Shown here: one piece after another, positions 1 through 11,127 of the stretch
How the letters are laid out: the number at the start of each line of letters is the position of its first letter
Position numbering within the stretch: position 1 is the first letter of the stretch
The notes under the pieces: model-generated
What the model was told of the DNA's origin: nothing
The model's input: only the letters and a program-made list of their open reading frames with translations
The model's database searches: none
IMG/VR virus record: IMGVR_UViG_3300047546_001496
Coordinates: 1 to 64,000 of that record
Length of the DNA stretch: 64,000 nt
Reading direction: 5' to 3' (one strand)
Source of the DNA: a virus
Program-made: the position numbers and the translations under genes

Positions 1-202
1 ATAAACCATTGTCGTCTTTGTCAAATGTGTTTGGAAGTTGAAAATATTTATTTGTAATATCAGAAGAAGGTCTATATCTATAATTACCAATCTTAAAAAT
101 ATTATTTGGTATATTCATGTTCCATTCCGCAATAATTGCGGATTGATTTCTGATTGTTGCAGATGTTTCTAAATGCGCTTTAAGATCGTCTTCTTGCCAC
201 AC
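1..202 (-). CDS. minor tail protein, N-terminal part (runs off window edge)
   Basis: Hand translation: GTG at 202 gives MWQEDDLKAHLETSATIRNQSAIIAEWNMNIPNNIFKIGNYRYRP..., open to base 1; directly follows the 204..872 gene in the tail module. Confidence 0.65.
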   Translation of the reverse strand, partial: MWQEDDLKAHLETSATIRNQSAIIAEWNMNIPNNIFKIGNYRYRPSSDITNKYFQLPNTFDKDDNGL

Positions 203-203
203 A

Positions 204-872
204 CTATACCTCTTCTAGCGTTACTTGAATATTCCAAAAATCAAAATCAGGACCACGCTTTTCAACAGAATATGTGAAGTTAGTAAAATACATTTGTATT
301 AATTGGTTATATTGATGCAGATGCCCATACGAATTATCATACTTTTTGAAATTAGAATATTTGTCGTATGCAAGATATACCCAGAATGGACCCTGATGGC
401 TTTCATACCAATCTAAAAGTTCAACTCCTCCTGCACCGCCATCAGTTGTGTATTGTGTTCCAACCAAAGACGATGGTGCTGGTTTTCCAGTTACTGGATT
501 AAAATATCCAGGGGTATCAAATGATCTTGATGGTAACTTCTCCCATGATGTAGATAATGTTAACTTATCGGCAACATGGTACGAACGCATTCTTCCATTA
601 ATCATTCTTTGCTTTACTTCTATGCGGTTAGTAGAAAACGAAAGTGGTTGTCTGTTATCGTCAGACAGAATTAAAAACTGATCATATTCTTTTGGATCAG
701 ACTCTTCCCCAGGATCTTGTCCAATTTCCAAACCATTAGGAACATAAAATTTTTCTTTTGGTATTGTTGTACTATTAGGATCTTCCACTAGAGTACCAGA
801 ATTGTCAGACCATAGCATTGCTTGTGGTCTTTGGTATTTTTTCCTACCCGACATATACGGTACTGTTGACAT
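204..872 (-). CDS. minor tail / distal tail-like protein
   Basis: 222-aa ORF immediately downstream of the tape measure gene; beta-rich C-terminus (WNIQVTLEEV) typical of tail-tip proteins. Confidence 0.6.
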   Translation of the reverse strand: MSTVPYMSGRKKYQRPQAMLWSDNSGTLVEDPNSTTIPKEKFYVPNGLEIGQDPGEESDPKEYDQFLILSDDNRQPLSFSTNRIEVKQRMINGRMRSYHVADKLTLSTSWEKLPSRSFDTPGYFNPVTGKPAPSSLVGTQYTTDGGAGGVELLDWYESHQGPFWVYLAYDKYSNFKKYDNSYGHLHQYNQLIQMYFTNFTYSVEKRGPDFDFWNIQVTLEEV

Positions 873-3800
873 TATATAACTGCTCCTCTTAATCTCTTTG
901 AATCCACTTGTCTAATCTGATTCATAACTACCCTTGCGATTTCGTCAGGGTTTGCATCAGACTGAACATTGACACTAATACTATAATTATACACTGAGTC
1001 ACCAACTGAATCTCCATTATTAATTGCTCTCATTTTGTCTAGCCCATAAGAATTAACTGCATATCTACTCATAATAAATTCACCAGGAGTTAGCATTGCG
1101 GGTACTGTATCAGTGTTTATCGGTCTAAATAAACCACCCTTTGACATATATTCAATTAATCCACCGCTAGATTTTGCTCTCATTGATCCATATGTATTCA
1201 TATTTACACTTGACGCTGCTCTCTGTGCATCTCTCATTGCAGCAATCTTAGTTTGTTCGTCAACAACTGGAGCCTTTGAGTAATATGGATTTGCGCCTCC
1301 ATATAGGTTTGTACCAAACTTATTGTCTGCTGCTGCAAGTGCTCTATCCATTTGAGCATCTGTTACATAATTTCTTCCACTTGCTGTCTTAGCATCTGCG
1401 TTTAACTTATTTACATATGCCTGAGCATTTGCAAGATTTGCTGCAGCATCTACCACAGTTTTGGCATCAGCAGTGCTTTTATCTGTAGCCTTTACTATAT
1501 CTTCTGCCTGCTTTACAATTGGTGCAGTTGTTGAAGAAGTTAGGCTAGAATAAGATTGAATTTTAGCAATAATAGAATCCCAGGCAGAGTTAATTTTATT
1601 AACTGCTGCAAGCAATCCAGCAAGTGCTGCAGTAAAGTTTTGTGATGCTAAAGAAGAAGCATCAATTTTAGTTTTCATTCTTTCCCATTCATCTCTAGTC
1701 ATTCCCATAACAGTAATTCCTTCTACCATAGCATCTATTTCTTCTTGTAGTAGTTGGTTTGCATAGGTCAAATCTTCAATCTTCTTTTCTAGTGGCTTTA
1801 ATTGTTTTTCTTGAATTTCATAAATCTTATCTTCTTTTTCTCTAATTCTTAATAGTGCAGCCTCACGACCTTCTTCAAGTTTATAAATCTCATCTTCAAG
1901 TCTAAGTTGTTCAGCCTTTATTGCAAGACGCTCTGGACTTGTTTCAATTCTATAAATCTCTTGCTGTATTTGATATTGTCTTTCATTAATCTGTTCTTTA
2001 GTCAGTCCACTTTCTGGTCCAACTAAAGCATCAAGTTCATTCTTTCTTCCTGCCTCCAAAGCAGCCATTGCTTGGTCTCCAGCAAGCGATATAGAGTCTG
2101 CCCTGCTTTGTTGTGCAGCACGGGCTGCTGCTGCTATATCTCCTTGAGATAATGCATCGGCTAGGGTTAATTGATTTTGTTGTTGTTTAGCAATTTCACT
2201 ATTAATCTGATTTACTTTAGTTAATGCCTCTACCTGCTTGTCATATTTCTTATTAATTTCATCTTCTTGATGACCAATAACTGTTAAATCATTTGAAAGT
2301 TTTCCAGACTCGGCATTAAGTTGTTCCATATATCTATTACTTAACTTAAAGTCAAGAGTCATCTTTTTATCGCCTATTTGATACTCTCCACCTACCTCTA
2401 GCGCTCTGTTAAGATCATTTACTTTTTCTGTCGCATCTTCAATTGGACGAGTATAATTGATTTCAATATCACGTTGAGCCTTAGCAATTTCTTCATTAAT
2501 ATCTTCAATTTGTTTTCTAAACACTCTTGCTTCTTTTTCTGCAGCCTTAATTGCTTTTTCATTTGCTTTCATGGTATCAACCGTCTTAGTGCTTCTTGGA
2601 TCAGCACCAGTTCTAATCATTCTTTCTTGAATATCAAACATTTGATCAACAATATCTCTTCCAGATGCTGCAGCACCCGCAAAATCTCCCTGATTCATTT
2701 TAACTTGAATATCAATAACTTTCTTTTCTTCAATAGAGTTTAGGTAGTCTGCTATTGCCTTTGCATCAATCTTTCCATCTTTAAGATCTTCTATTAATAC
2801 CTTAGCAAGTGCTGGATCATCTAAAACTGCTGCCATTTGTTCTGTTGATAAACCAAGTGCTTTCATTTTTGACGCAAGTTCTGGCATCTGCTTATACATT
2901 TCAAAATCTGCATTCTTAGCAATTAAGTCATTAAGAACTGCCTGCTTTTCAAGCGCATCATTAGCCGTATTTATCTTGGCAACGAATGCAGTCATTTCTG
3001 CAGATCCCTTTTTGCCTAATGCACCTGCTGCAATAGCGGAAGCAACTGCCTGATCTTCTATAACCTTAAGTGCATCCTTTACATCCATTCCAGATTCAAC
3101 TAGTTGTTTGTATGCTGAATTTTGATCTTTAACATTTTGTAATGCCTCATCACCTTGCTGGAATGCATAGTCGCCAAGATCTGCCTCACGAATTGTTTGC
3201 ATAACCGCCTGACCAGATTTAGTTAATCCAGTTATATTAGCCTTTGTTCTTGGCTTTCCTTCTGCAAACTTAAATAATTGTTTATCTCCCTTTAAATTTG
3301 CTAACTTTTTAAAGTCTTCATTAGACATTCCATAAATCATGTCTCTAAATTCTTTTGGTGCCTTAAACTTTAATAATCTTTGTTGTAAACCATCAAATAT
3401 ATCAAACATTCTAGACGCATCTTTTTGGGCTTTCTTATTTGTAAACGCTGCAATCATAGACTTGAGTGGTGTTGTAGCATCAAATGCTCCATCACGAACA
3501 TTCTTAATTCTCATTGCTAGTGCGTCTAAGAAGTCTAATGGGTCGCTTCCCGTTCCTCCAGTTGGTGTGGTGCCTGTACCTGTTTTTGAATTAATTGTTC
3601 CAACTGTTCCTGTATTAATTTTATACTGTGCTCTAGTTGCAGCATCCATTGCTTGGAAATCTCTTCTAAAGTCAGCAACTGCATCTTTATATACCTGTGA
3701 ACTTTCACTCATTAATAAAAGATCATTTCTTAATCCAAGTTGTTTTGATACATAATATTCTTCATCTTGTGCTAATTGTTCCTTTGTTGCCTTTTGCTCA

Positions 3801-6800
3801 TATTCATACTGTTGTGCAAGTTTTTGTAAATATTCTGTTCTTTCGTCACTACCTAGTTTTGAGAATTTAGCAAATTCTTCTGTATCTGCTTTCAACTTAT
3901 CAAGGACTGGCTTCATTGATGGAACTGCCTTTTCTGCCTCTTCTAATGATCCAGTTGCTAAACCACCTTCCATTTTATCAAAATTTGAATTATTTTTTAG
4001 TTTTTCAATTTCTTCAAGTTGTTTTTGAATACGTGCAAGAGCAGTAGGATCTTTTAGTACTACTTCCATGTCTAAAGTAAATCCATCCATTGATTGCAAA
4101 CTCTTAAGTGCTTCCATGGTTTTATCAAATTCTGCAGGATCTGTTTTTGTTAAGATAACATTATTAATAACAGTTTTTGCCACTTTTTTATCTTTAAAGC
4201 CAGTGAACATATTTATTAATTCTTTTGTTTTGCCAGCGCCCTGTGTTCTAAAACCAATTGTCATCATTGCATTTAGATTTGCAAGATCCCCCTCAAACAA
4301 GTTTAACCAATTGTTTGCTTCTTCAGGAGACAAAATTTTACTTCCTACCATAAATTCCATTTTTGCTGCAAATGTTTGTGCTGCCTTCTCTGTGCCAAAC
4401 CCTGTTTTAAGTGCAGTTCCATCTGCGTTTGTTTTATTATCATAAGAAACTCCTATTGCTTCTGTCTGATTTAGGAAAGTCTTAGATGCTTCTTCTTGAT
4501 CTGTTCCCTTAAACATTGACTCAACAGTTCCTCTTGAAGAATCAAAGTAAGCATCTTCTCGCATTGCTTGACTGCCCCAAACGGAATCGCTATAAACCTT
4601 TGCAAAGGATGCTTCCATTCTTTGTATTTGTCCAATTACCTGAGCATTAATCGTTGCTTGATCCTTAACATTTTGTTTATTTAATGTATCAAGTTGAGTT
4701 TGTAGTTGTATTTTTTTCTGTAAATCTGTTGTTCCTGCTATCTGAGTTTCTAGTTTTTTCTTTTCGGTTTCATAAGCAAGTTGTGTCTGATCACCAATCA
4801 TGGTAATTAATTCTAAGTTTGTCATATTAAGGGCTGCCAATGCGCCTATATCTTTTCTTGCTGACTCACCAGTTTCTCTCTTGTTTTCAATATCTCTTTC
4901 AACATTTGCCTGCTTGCCGACAGCATTTGCAACAATACCCATTCTTGTTTTTAATGGTTCTTTTAATAGATTTTCTCCATTAGGTCCAAGTAAAACTCCA
5001 AGCCTTCCACTAATACCCATTTCTATTGATTGATCACCAAGAGATAAGGCTAATGCTGCGCCAATACTATGTGCCTGCTCTGTAGATAAAACACCATCTG
5101 CAACCTGCGTAGCAAGTTTTAATGCAAAGTCATCAACTGCTTTATTTTTAGAAAAGTCAGTCATATTCTTTTTAAAGGTAGCCATTTCATCTTTTCCTAA
5201 TTGCTCTCCCAGGAATTTATTTCCAAATGTTGTCTCAGCCTTAAAGTTTTCTGTATATTTGCCATATTGAGAACCCTGTCGTCTTTTATCCATAATTTGA
5301 GAGGCTCCCACCTTTCCAGTGAGTTCTCCCATCTTTTTCATAGATTCTCTTGTTGCAGATGATGCAATTACGAATTTACCAGCCTCTGCAGCCATTTTAT
5401 TAAAATGTTTATTAAGCATATATGCACCAGCACCAACAGCCATAATACCTGCTGCTGCCCAACCAACTGGACCCATTCCAGCAAGCATTGGCGCAAATTG
5501 TGCAACCATACTTGCTGTTCCAAGTGCTGCAGTAACTTGAGGTGGGGCACCCATCATTCCTGCTGCAACTGTTGCCATACCTAAAGCACCAGAGGCCTTA
5601 CCAGCAAACCTACCTACCTTTTCTCTTCTCTTTCCTCTAATAATTCTTTTATCTTTCTTTGGATTGCCATCGCTACCCATGACAATCTGTCCATTTTCAT
5701 CTCTTAAATAGTTTTCAGATTCTTCTAACGCATCATTAAGATCAAGAACATTTTTAGACTGAGGGGCATTTGGTATTGATGCATCATTCATTTCTTGTTG
5801 TGCATTTTGTTCTGCAGCATTGCGCTCTTTTATTTTTTCTTGTAATGTTTGTTCTTCAACATTTTGAATTTGCTCTACTGTTGCTGCTCTCTCTTGTTCT
5901 GTTTGAGTTATAGCCTCACTAAGTTGCTCTTGTGTGATTAAATCTTCCTGAATACCCTGCGTAGCATCTACATTTGTTTTTGTTGCAGCATCCATTTCTG
6001 TTAATGTTGCTGTTGTTTGATTTGTTACAACATTACCATTTTCAGCAGCAACAAGTTGTTCTTGTTTTGCAGCAGTTATTTGTTCTTGTGTTTCAGCCTG
6101 CTCTTCTGTTCCTTGCTGGATATTAATCTCATTGCCTTTAATCTTAACATTAATATCTCTATTATCTTTAACAGTTGCAGCAAGTTCAGTTTGTGATTGT
6201 GCTGCCTCCTCAGAAGCCTTTTGTCTTTGCTTTGTTGCCTCTATATCTGCCTGAATTAATACTTGTAATTCTTTATCATCTGCAGAAGAATAGGCTTCTT
6301 GTTTTGCTAACTCAACTTTACCTTTGCCAACGCCCTTCTTTCTACGCTGTCTGTCTAAAGATTTTAATATTTGTCTTTGATCTCTTAATTCTGGAGTATT
6401 AATGTCATCATAAAATGCTTTATTTCCAAGATCCATCTTTTCAATTTTTGCTTGTGTTTGTGCAGCAGTTTTTCTAGGAACTCCAGCATCTGCTAACCTA
6501 TCTGCTTGAGATTTAACTTCCGCTTCTTTTTGCTGTAATCCCTGAACCAAGCCATCACCAATATCTTTTCCAAGTCTTTCGGTTCTCTTTGATGGAGAGT
6601 TAGTTTCTGCAATTGCTTCTGCTGATTCTAAGTCTTCTCTAACCTGTCTGGCAATTGACTTTGGTGTATTAGTTGATCCAGGAGCATCAAATGTTCCCAT
6701 TCCAGAGGTAGCAGTTCTTGCCTCTTTATTTCCAGCCTTTCTATTTCCAGTAGAGCCTTCAACAATGCCAACATCTATACCTTGTACCTCTGCTGCTTGT

Positions 6801-9800
6801 TGTACAATTTTTGCTTGTGCATCTGTAAGTGGTACTCTGATTGCTGTCAGAATATTATCTGCAGCATCCATTATTTGTCTTACTTGTATTGGAGCAGTTT
6901 GTCTGACCTCCGCCTCTAACTGTGAGAATACCTCATCATTAAAGAAGCCGTCTGGGTTTTGAGCCTTCCATTGCTGAATTCTAGCCAAAAGATTATCGTC
7001 ATACTGTTTAAATTCTGCAGAAACCTTATCAAATGTAATTCCAAATGCATCTGTGGTTCTCTTCCATTTTTCTGCGCCATCTCTTTCGAAAGATTCCATA
7101 AATGCATCAATGACTGGCATACCTCTACCAGACTGATTTTCAAGTGACCAAGGCGCTTCAAAGTTTGCCTGACCCTCTTTGCTCTTTGATGCCATAACAC
7201 GGTTGATGTATCCTGGAGCATCATACGCAGATAAACTAACTGCTCTTGCTTCTGGAAGTTCTTGCCCTGCAGCCTTTAGAGCATTAACTGTTAAACTAAT
7301 TTCATCTAATATCTTTTTATTTGTTACGTTTACTAGTGATGTTATTTCATCTAATGGTGCCGATACTCCTGCTCCAACATGTGAGAACTGACCTCTTTCC
7401 TGCTGGTCAAATTGAGGTGCATAAGCACCCATTCTGCTGTAGCCTCTTTCTGCATCATATCTTTTGCCGACTGCTTCAATCTTAACATCTGTTAACTTAC
7501 CGCCAAATGTTGCTTGTGCCTCTGTGACAATATCCTTAAACTCAGATATAACTACTTCTTTTAATTGATCCAAACTTTCTCTGCTTGTATCTGTTAAAAC
7601 CTTGCCAGTTGTTTTAGCATAATAAATTAAATCACTATCTGTTAGGTTTCTAATTCTTCCTAATTCATTAATTATAAAATCTTGTGTTGCTCCAGGCTTA
7701 ACAGTTGCACTTGCAAAAGATCTATCTGTCTGAGTAGCAGCAAGATCATATCTTCCTTTTTTATACCCAGGAACAGAATCTGTTGCAATTGCTTGAAGTA
7801 GTGGTCCATATTTTTGTGTATTTTCTTTTGATACTACCGTCTCTCCTGGAGTAAGCATTGCTGGAACTGTATCTCCATTACCTGTTCCAGGAACACTAAC
7901 TACACCATCTGCATATCCAGGAATCTTTGGAGGAGTTACTGCTTGTACACCTGGCGCTGCATTAAATAATCCTGGAGACGATGCTGCTAAGGCTCGTGCT
8001 TGAGAAGAAGCATTTGCATATGCTCTTGCCAAAGCCTCTGCTGCTGCAGCCTCAACATTAAATGTTGCTATAAGATTTCTATGAGATGTATGAAGAGCAT
8101 TTGTTTCTGCTAAATTTTCTATTTCTTGTTGTGTTAAATAATCAAATCCTCCACCAAGAACTTGGTTTTGCCCATTAAGTTTGGCCATACCGCCACGAAG
8201 CATTGCAAAGAATTTAACAAGGTTAGCAACTCCGTTAGCAACAAGACCAATTGACATAAGTGCGACTGGAGCAATTACTCCAAGGACACCAGTTATAACA
8301 GTTACTATCTTTTTTGTTCCATCGCTTAGTCCATTAAACTTTTTAAGAATATCGCCAACAAATTTTACTATTGGAGTGACTGCTTCTAGGAATGCCTTGC
8401 CTACTGGAATTAATTCTAATTTTAACTGTTCTAATGTTTTCTTAAATTTAACACCAACAGCATTTTCTACCTTTGCCAATTCTCGCTCAGATAAAATTGC
8501 TAGTTCTTCTACTGATGCACCAGCCAAATCAAATGCTCTTGCTGCCTGTGTTCCACCCTTAGAGACATTTTGAAATAATGTAGACAGACGAGCAAATTGG
8601 AATTTACCAAATAGTTGTTCAATAGCACGAGCACGATTAAGTGGATCAAGTGTATCTAATGCTCTAGCAAATCCAACAACTGTGCCTTTAAGATCTCCAG
8701 CATTTGCTTCAACAATTCCTTTTATATTAATTCCAAGTTCTGCTAAAAACTCAGAAGACTTTTTGCTTGGATTAATTAATGATGCAAGACCTGACTTAAG
8801 TGCGTTAGCACCTTCTGATGCATTAATTCCGCCTTCTTTCATAGCAGTCATAAAGAATGCAAGATCTTCTACAGATCCTCCAAGTTGTTTAACAACTGGT
8901 CCAGCCTTTGGAATAGCAATAGTTAAATCTTCAATAGAAAGAACAGTTTGGTTTTCAACTGCGTTAAGGAAATTAATTTTTTGTGCTAATTGTTCACTTG
9001 AGATACCAAAAGCATTTTGTAAAGATATTGTTGTCTCTAATGCTTGTTGCTGTTCTACTTGACCTAACACAGATAATCTTGTTGCTTGTCTTACCTGTGC
9101 TTCAAGTGCATCTCCAACAAGACCCATTGCTGCTGCTTGTGATGCTAGATCAACAGTATCTTTAACTGCAATTCCATATTTTGTAAATTCAAGTCCAAGT
9201 CTTTTAATGTTAGCAATTGCTTTATCTGTTGACTCAGTTGATGTGAGCATATCTCCATAAACTCGTGAGAACTTAATAACAGCCTGTTCCATATCCATAA
9301 AGGCTCTGGATGCTGCAGTTCCAAACATTGTTAATGGTATTGTCAAACCAACCATCAACTGACGGCCAGCCCACTGTGTATTCTTACCAAAATTTAATAG
9401 TTGTGTAGAACCTTGTTTAAGTAGTTGATTTAGAAATTGCTGTCTTTGAGCAGCCATCTGAACTCTAGTAGCATAGTCAGCATATCTGCCATTAACCATT
9501 TCAAGGTGTTTTGGAACTACCTGCAAAACTTTGACTAAGTCGCCATTGGCATTGGTTAACTGAACATATTGAGATTGTAATAGTTTTACACGGTCTCTAC
9601 GAGCACGATTTAATACTTCTCTTTCTGCTGCAAAGGCACGACTAAAAACCTTTGTATCTGCAGTTGCTGCAGCAGCAGTATATCTAAAATATTCTTTAAG
9701 AGATAATTTATTTTTTTCTAGGGCATCTGTAAAACCCTTAGTACTTGTTGCAATTTCTTTTTGAGATGCAACAAATTTACCAGTGGCATTGATTGATTGG

Positions 9801-9964
9801 ATAAGTTGATCTGTCAGGCCCTTTTGGGCATTCATTGCTGCGACATTGCCCTGAGTTAAAGCCTGGTTAAATCGACTTAGTTGAGCCTGTAATGCTCGTA
9901 ATTGCCTTAGCGCATCTCGTGTGTCAAAATTGACATTAATATTTGCGCTTACATCATCAGCCAA
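872..9964 (-). CDS. tape measure protein
   Basis: 3030 aa, Ala/Gln/Lys-rich and helical; TMP core region (GINASEGANALKS, IEQLFGK); two DTVPAMLTPGE motifs; lies downstream of major tail and chaperone genes. Confidence 0.95.
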   Translation of the reverse strand: MADDVSANINVNFDTRDALRQLRALQAQLSRFNQALTQGNVAAMNAQKGLTDQLIQSINATGKFVASQKEIATSTKGFTDALEKNKLSLKEYFRYTAAAATADTKVFSRAFAAEREVLNRARRDRVKLLQSQYVQLTNANGDLVKVLQVVPKHLEMVNGRYADYATRVQMAAQRQQFLNQLLKQGSTQLLNFGKNTQWAGRQLMVGLTIPLTMFGTAASRAFMDMEQAVIKFSRVYGDMLTSTESTDKAIANIKRLGLEFTKYGIAVKDTVDLASQAAAMGLVGDALEAQVRQATRLSVLGQVEQQQALETTISLQNAFGISSEQLAQKINFLNAVENQTVLSIEDLTIAIPKAGPVVKQLGGSVEDLAFFMTAMKEGGINASEGANALKSGLASLINPSKKSSEFLAELGINIKGIVEANAGDLKGTVVGFARALDTLDPLNRARAIEQLFGKFQFARLSTLFQNVSKGGTQAARAFDLAGASVEELAILSERELAKVENAVGVKFKKTLEQLKLELIPVGKAFLEAVTPIVKFVGDILKKFNGLSDGTKKIVTVITGVLGVIAPVALMSIGLVANGVANLVKFFAMLRGGMAKLNGQNQVLGGGFDYLTQQEIENLAETNALHTSHRNLIATFNVEAAAAEALARAYANASSQARALAASSPGLFNAAPGVQAVTPPKIPGYADGVVSVPGTGNGDTVPAMLTPGETVVSKENTQKYGPLLQAIATDSVPGYKKGRYDLAATQTDRSFASATVKPGATQDFIINELGRIRNLTDSDLIYYAKTTGKVLTDTSRESLDQLKEVVISEFKDIVTEAQATFGGKLTDVKIEAVGKRYDAERGYSRMGAYAPQFDQQERGQFSHVGAGVSAPLDEITSLVNVTNKKILDEISLTVNALKAAGQELPEARAVSLSAYDAPGYINRVMASKSKEGQANFEAPWSLENQSGRGMPVIDAFMESFERDGAEKWKRTTDAFGITFDKVSAEFKQYDDNLLARIQQWKAQNPDGFFNDEVFSQLEAEVRQTAPIQVRQIMDAADNILTAIRVPLTDAQAKIVQQAAEVQGIDVGIVEGSTGNRKAGNKEARTATSGMGTFDAPGSTNTPKSIARQVREDLESAEAIAETNSPSKRTERLGKDIGDGLVQGLQQKEAEVKSQADRLADAGVPRKTAAQTQAKIEKMDLGNKAFYDDINTPELRDQRQILKSLDRQRRKKGVGKGKVELAKQEAYSSADDKELQVLIQADIEATKQRQKASEEAAQSQTELAATVKDNRDINVKIKGNEINIQQGTEEQAETQEQITAAKQEQLVAAENGNVVTNQTTATLTEMDAATKTNVDATQGIQEDLITQEQLSEAITQTEQERAATVEQIQNVEEQTLQEKIKERNAAEQNAQQEMNDASIPNAPQSKNVLDLNDALEESENYLRDENGQIVMGSDGNPKKDKRIIRGKRREKVGRFAGKASGALGMATVAAGMMGAPPQVTAALGTASMVAQFAPMLAGMGPVGWAAAGIMAVGAGAYMLNKHFNKMAAEAGKFVIASSATRESMKKMGELTGKVGASQIMDKRRQGSQYGKYTENFKAETTFGNKFLGEQLGKDEMATFKKNMTDFSKNKAVDDFALKLATQVADGVLSTEQAHSIGAALALSLGDQSIEMGISGRLGVLLGPNGENLLKEPLKTRMGIVANAVGKQANVERDIENKRETGESARKDIGALAALNMTNLELITMIGDQTQLAYETEKKKLETQIAGTTDLQKKIQLQTQLDTLNKQNVKDQATINAQVIGQIQRMEASFAKVYSDSVWGSQAMREDAYFDSSRGTVESMFKGTDQEEASKTFLNQTEAIGVSYDNKTNADGTALKTGFGTEKAAQTFAAKMEFMVGSKILSPEEANNWLNLFEGDLANLNAMMTIGFRTQGAGKTKELINMFTGFKDKKVAKTVINNVILTKTDPAEFDKTMEALKSLQSMDGFTLDMEVVLKDPTALARIQKQLEEIEKLKNNSNFDKMEGGLATGSLEEAEKAVPSMKPVLDKLKADTEEFAKFSKLGSDERTEYLQKLAQQYEYEQKATKEQLAQDEEYYVSKQLGLRNDLLLMSESSQVYKDAVADFRRDFQAMDAATRAQYKINTGTVGTINSKTGTGTTPTGGTGSDPLDFLDALAMRIKNVRDGAFDATTPLKSMIAAFTNKKAQKDASRMFDIFDGLQQRLLKFKAPKEFRDMIYGMSNEDFKKLANLKGDKQLFKFAEGKPRTKANITGLTKSGQAVMQTIREADLGDYAFQQGDEALQNVKDQNSAYKQLVESGMDVKDALKVIEDQAVASAIAAGALGKKGSAEMTAFVAKINTANDALEKQAVLNDLIAKNADFEMYKQMPELASKMKALGLSTEQMAAVLDDPALAKVLIEDLKDGKIDAKAIADYLNSIEEKKVIDIQVKMNQGDFAGAAASGRDIVDQMFDIQERMIRTGADPRSTKTVDTMKANEKAIKAAEKEARVFRKQIEDINEEIAKAQRDIEINYTRPIEDATEKVNDLNRALEVGGEYQIGDKKMTLDFKLSNRYMEQLNAESGKLSNDLTVIGHQEDEINKKYDKQVEALTKVNQINSEIAKQQQNQLTLADALSQGDIAAAARAAQQSRADSISLAGDQAMAALEAGRKNELDALVGPESGLTKEQINERQYQIQQEIYRIETSPERLAIKAEQLRLEDEIYKLEEGREAALLRIREKEDKIYEIQEKQLKPLEKKIEDLTYANQLLQEEIDAMVEGITVMGMTRDEWERMKTKIDASSLASQNFTAALAGLLAAVNKINSAWDSIIAKIQSYSSLTSSTTAPIVKQAEDIVKATDKSTADAKTVVDAAANLANAQAYVNKLNADAKTASGRNYVTDAQMDRALAAADNKFGTNLYGGANPYYSKAPVVDEQTKIAAMRDAQRAASSVNMNTYGSMRAKSSGGLIEYMSKGGLFRPINTDTVPAMLTPGEFIMSRYAVNSYGLDKMRAINNGDSVGDSVYNYSISVNVQSDANPDEIARVVMNQIRQVDSKRLRGAVI

Positions 9965-9986
9965 TCATGACACCCCCAATGTTTAA

Positions 9987-10316
9987 TTATTTAACTGAAT
10001 TTAAAAACCCTGTTGATTCAGACAACGACATACCTGAAGCAGCATCAATAATCTTATAGACAGTAGGAAGATCAAGGTTTTCCTCAACGATCTCTCTATT
10101 GTCTGCTACTGCTGGAAGATATTGTTTAAACGCAATCTGAACACAGTCTAACAATACATCCATTGATTTTGTATTATCATCTGCTACATTAGCCAATTCA
10201 CCGAATCGTTCTAGAAATGGTTTTAGTAGAGAAATCTTTAGTGGCTTGACCTCAAATTTGGTGCCATCAATTAAAGATAGTTCGTTCTTAGATTGAACAT
10301 TATTTTTTGAACTCAT
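9987..10316 (-). CDS. tail assembly chaperone (short, gpG-like paralogue)
   Basis: Lies between major tail and TMP genes; aligns by eye with the N-terminal half of 10368..11054 (DGTxxExxPLKI ... LxTxYxIxD). Confidence 0.7.
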   Translation of the reverse strand: MSSKNNVQSKNELSLIDGTKFEVKPLKISLLKPFLERFGELANVADDNTKSMDVLLDCVQIAFKQYLPAVADNREIVEENLDLPTVYKIIDAASGMSLSESTGFLNSVK

Positions 10317-10367
10317 TATTCCTCCTGAGAATAGATTGATTAATTATACCATAGTCGACTTGTATTT

Positions 10368-11054
10368 TTAACTTTTGACTTGTTCATAGTCTAGGCCTAA
10401 GCCTATACCAAACCCTGCTTGCTGTGCATTTATACCTTGTAATGCTAGGATATCGCTAGAGTCTTTTGCTTGACCCTTACTAAATACCCTGGCCTTCATG
10501 TCTTCCCATGCGTTAGTTTTCTTAACATTCTTGTCTAAATCTATACCCTGGATGGCAGCAAAAAACTTTTTATTATCATAATCACTTTCTCGTTTTTGTG
10601 ATAGCAATGACATTAATTCTGGCAAGGCCAAAGATCTTTCTAATTCATCATAGTTTTTCCATATGCCCAAAAGAAAAACCTCAGACTCTAACTTTGCTAT
10701 ATCCAATTCTTCCCATGTTGATCCACTCTTTTGTGCCTGATCTTTTACACTTTCTTCTGAATCTTTTTTAAGTTTAATTCCTGCACCAATATCTAATATG
10801 TCATAGATAGTATCTAGGCTAACATTATCTTCTAGTACTTCTACGCTTACCGCAATTTCTGGCTTAAACTGTTCCATGCAGATTCTTGCACATTCTGTCA
10901 ATGCAGAAATAGCAGCAAGATCACCTTTAGCATTTTTTACATTTTCAAAACTGTCCATTATTTTTCTTAAGTATTTTATTTTTAATGGAGAAATTTCAAC
11001 AACAGTGCCGTCGGATAAAATAATATCTTTTGTTTTATAAATTTCAGTTGCCAT
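10368..11054 (-). CDS. tail assembly chaperone (long, gpGT-like)
   Basis: Position; probable start MATEIYK at 11054, 6 nt downstream of TGCTATAAT (leaderless); C-terminal extension relative to the short paralogue. Confidence 0.7.
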   Translation of the reverse strand: MATEIYKTKDIILSDGTVVEISPLKIKYLRKIMDSFENVKNAKGDLAAISALTECARICMEQFKPEIAVSVEVLEDNVSLDTIYDILDIGAGIKLKKDSEESVKDQAQKSGSTWEELDIAKLESEVFLLGIWKNYDELERSLALPELMSLLSQKRESDYDNKKFFAAIQGIDLDKNVKKTNAWEDMKARVFSKGQAKDSSDILALQGINAQQAGFGIGLGLDYEQVKS

Positions 11055-11071
11055 ATCTTTATTATAGCAAA

Positions 11072-11111
11072 CAGAAAGGCCCAGCCTTTTCAAATATGAC
11101 TGAGCCTTCTG
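11072..11111 (-). terminator. imperfect hairpin downstream of major tail gene
   Basis: CAGAA(A)GGC-CAG...CTG-GCCTTCTG inverted repeat right after the stop codon. Confidence 0.45.
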
Positions 11112-11127
11112 ATTTTATTAAGTTGTA

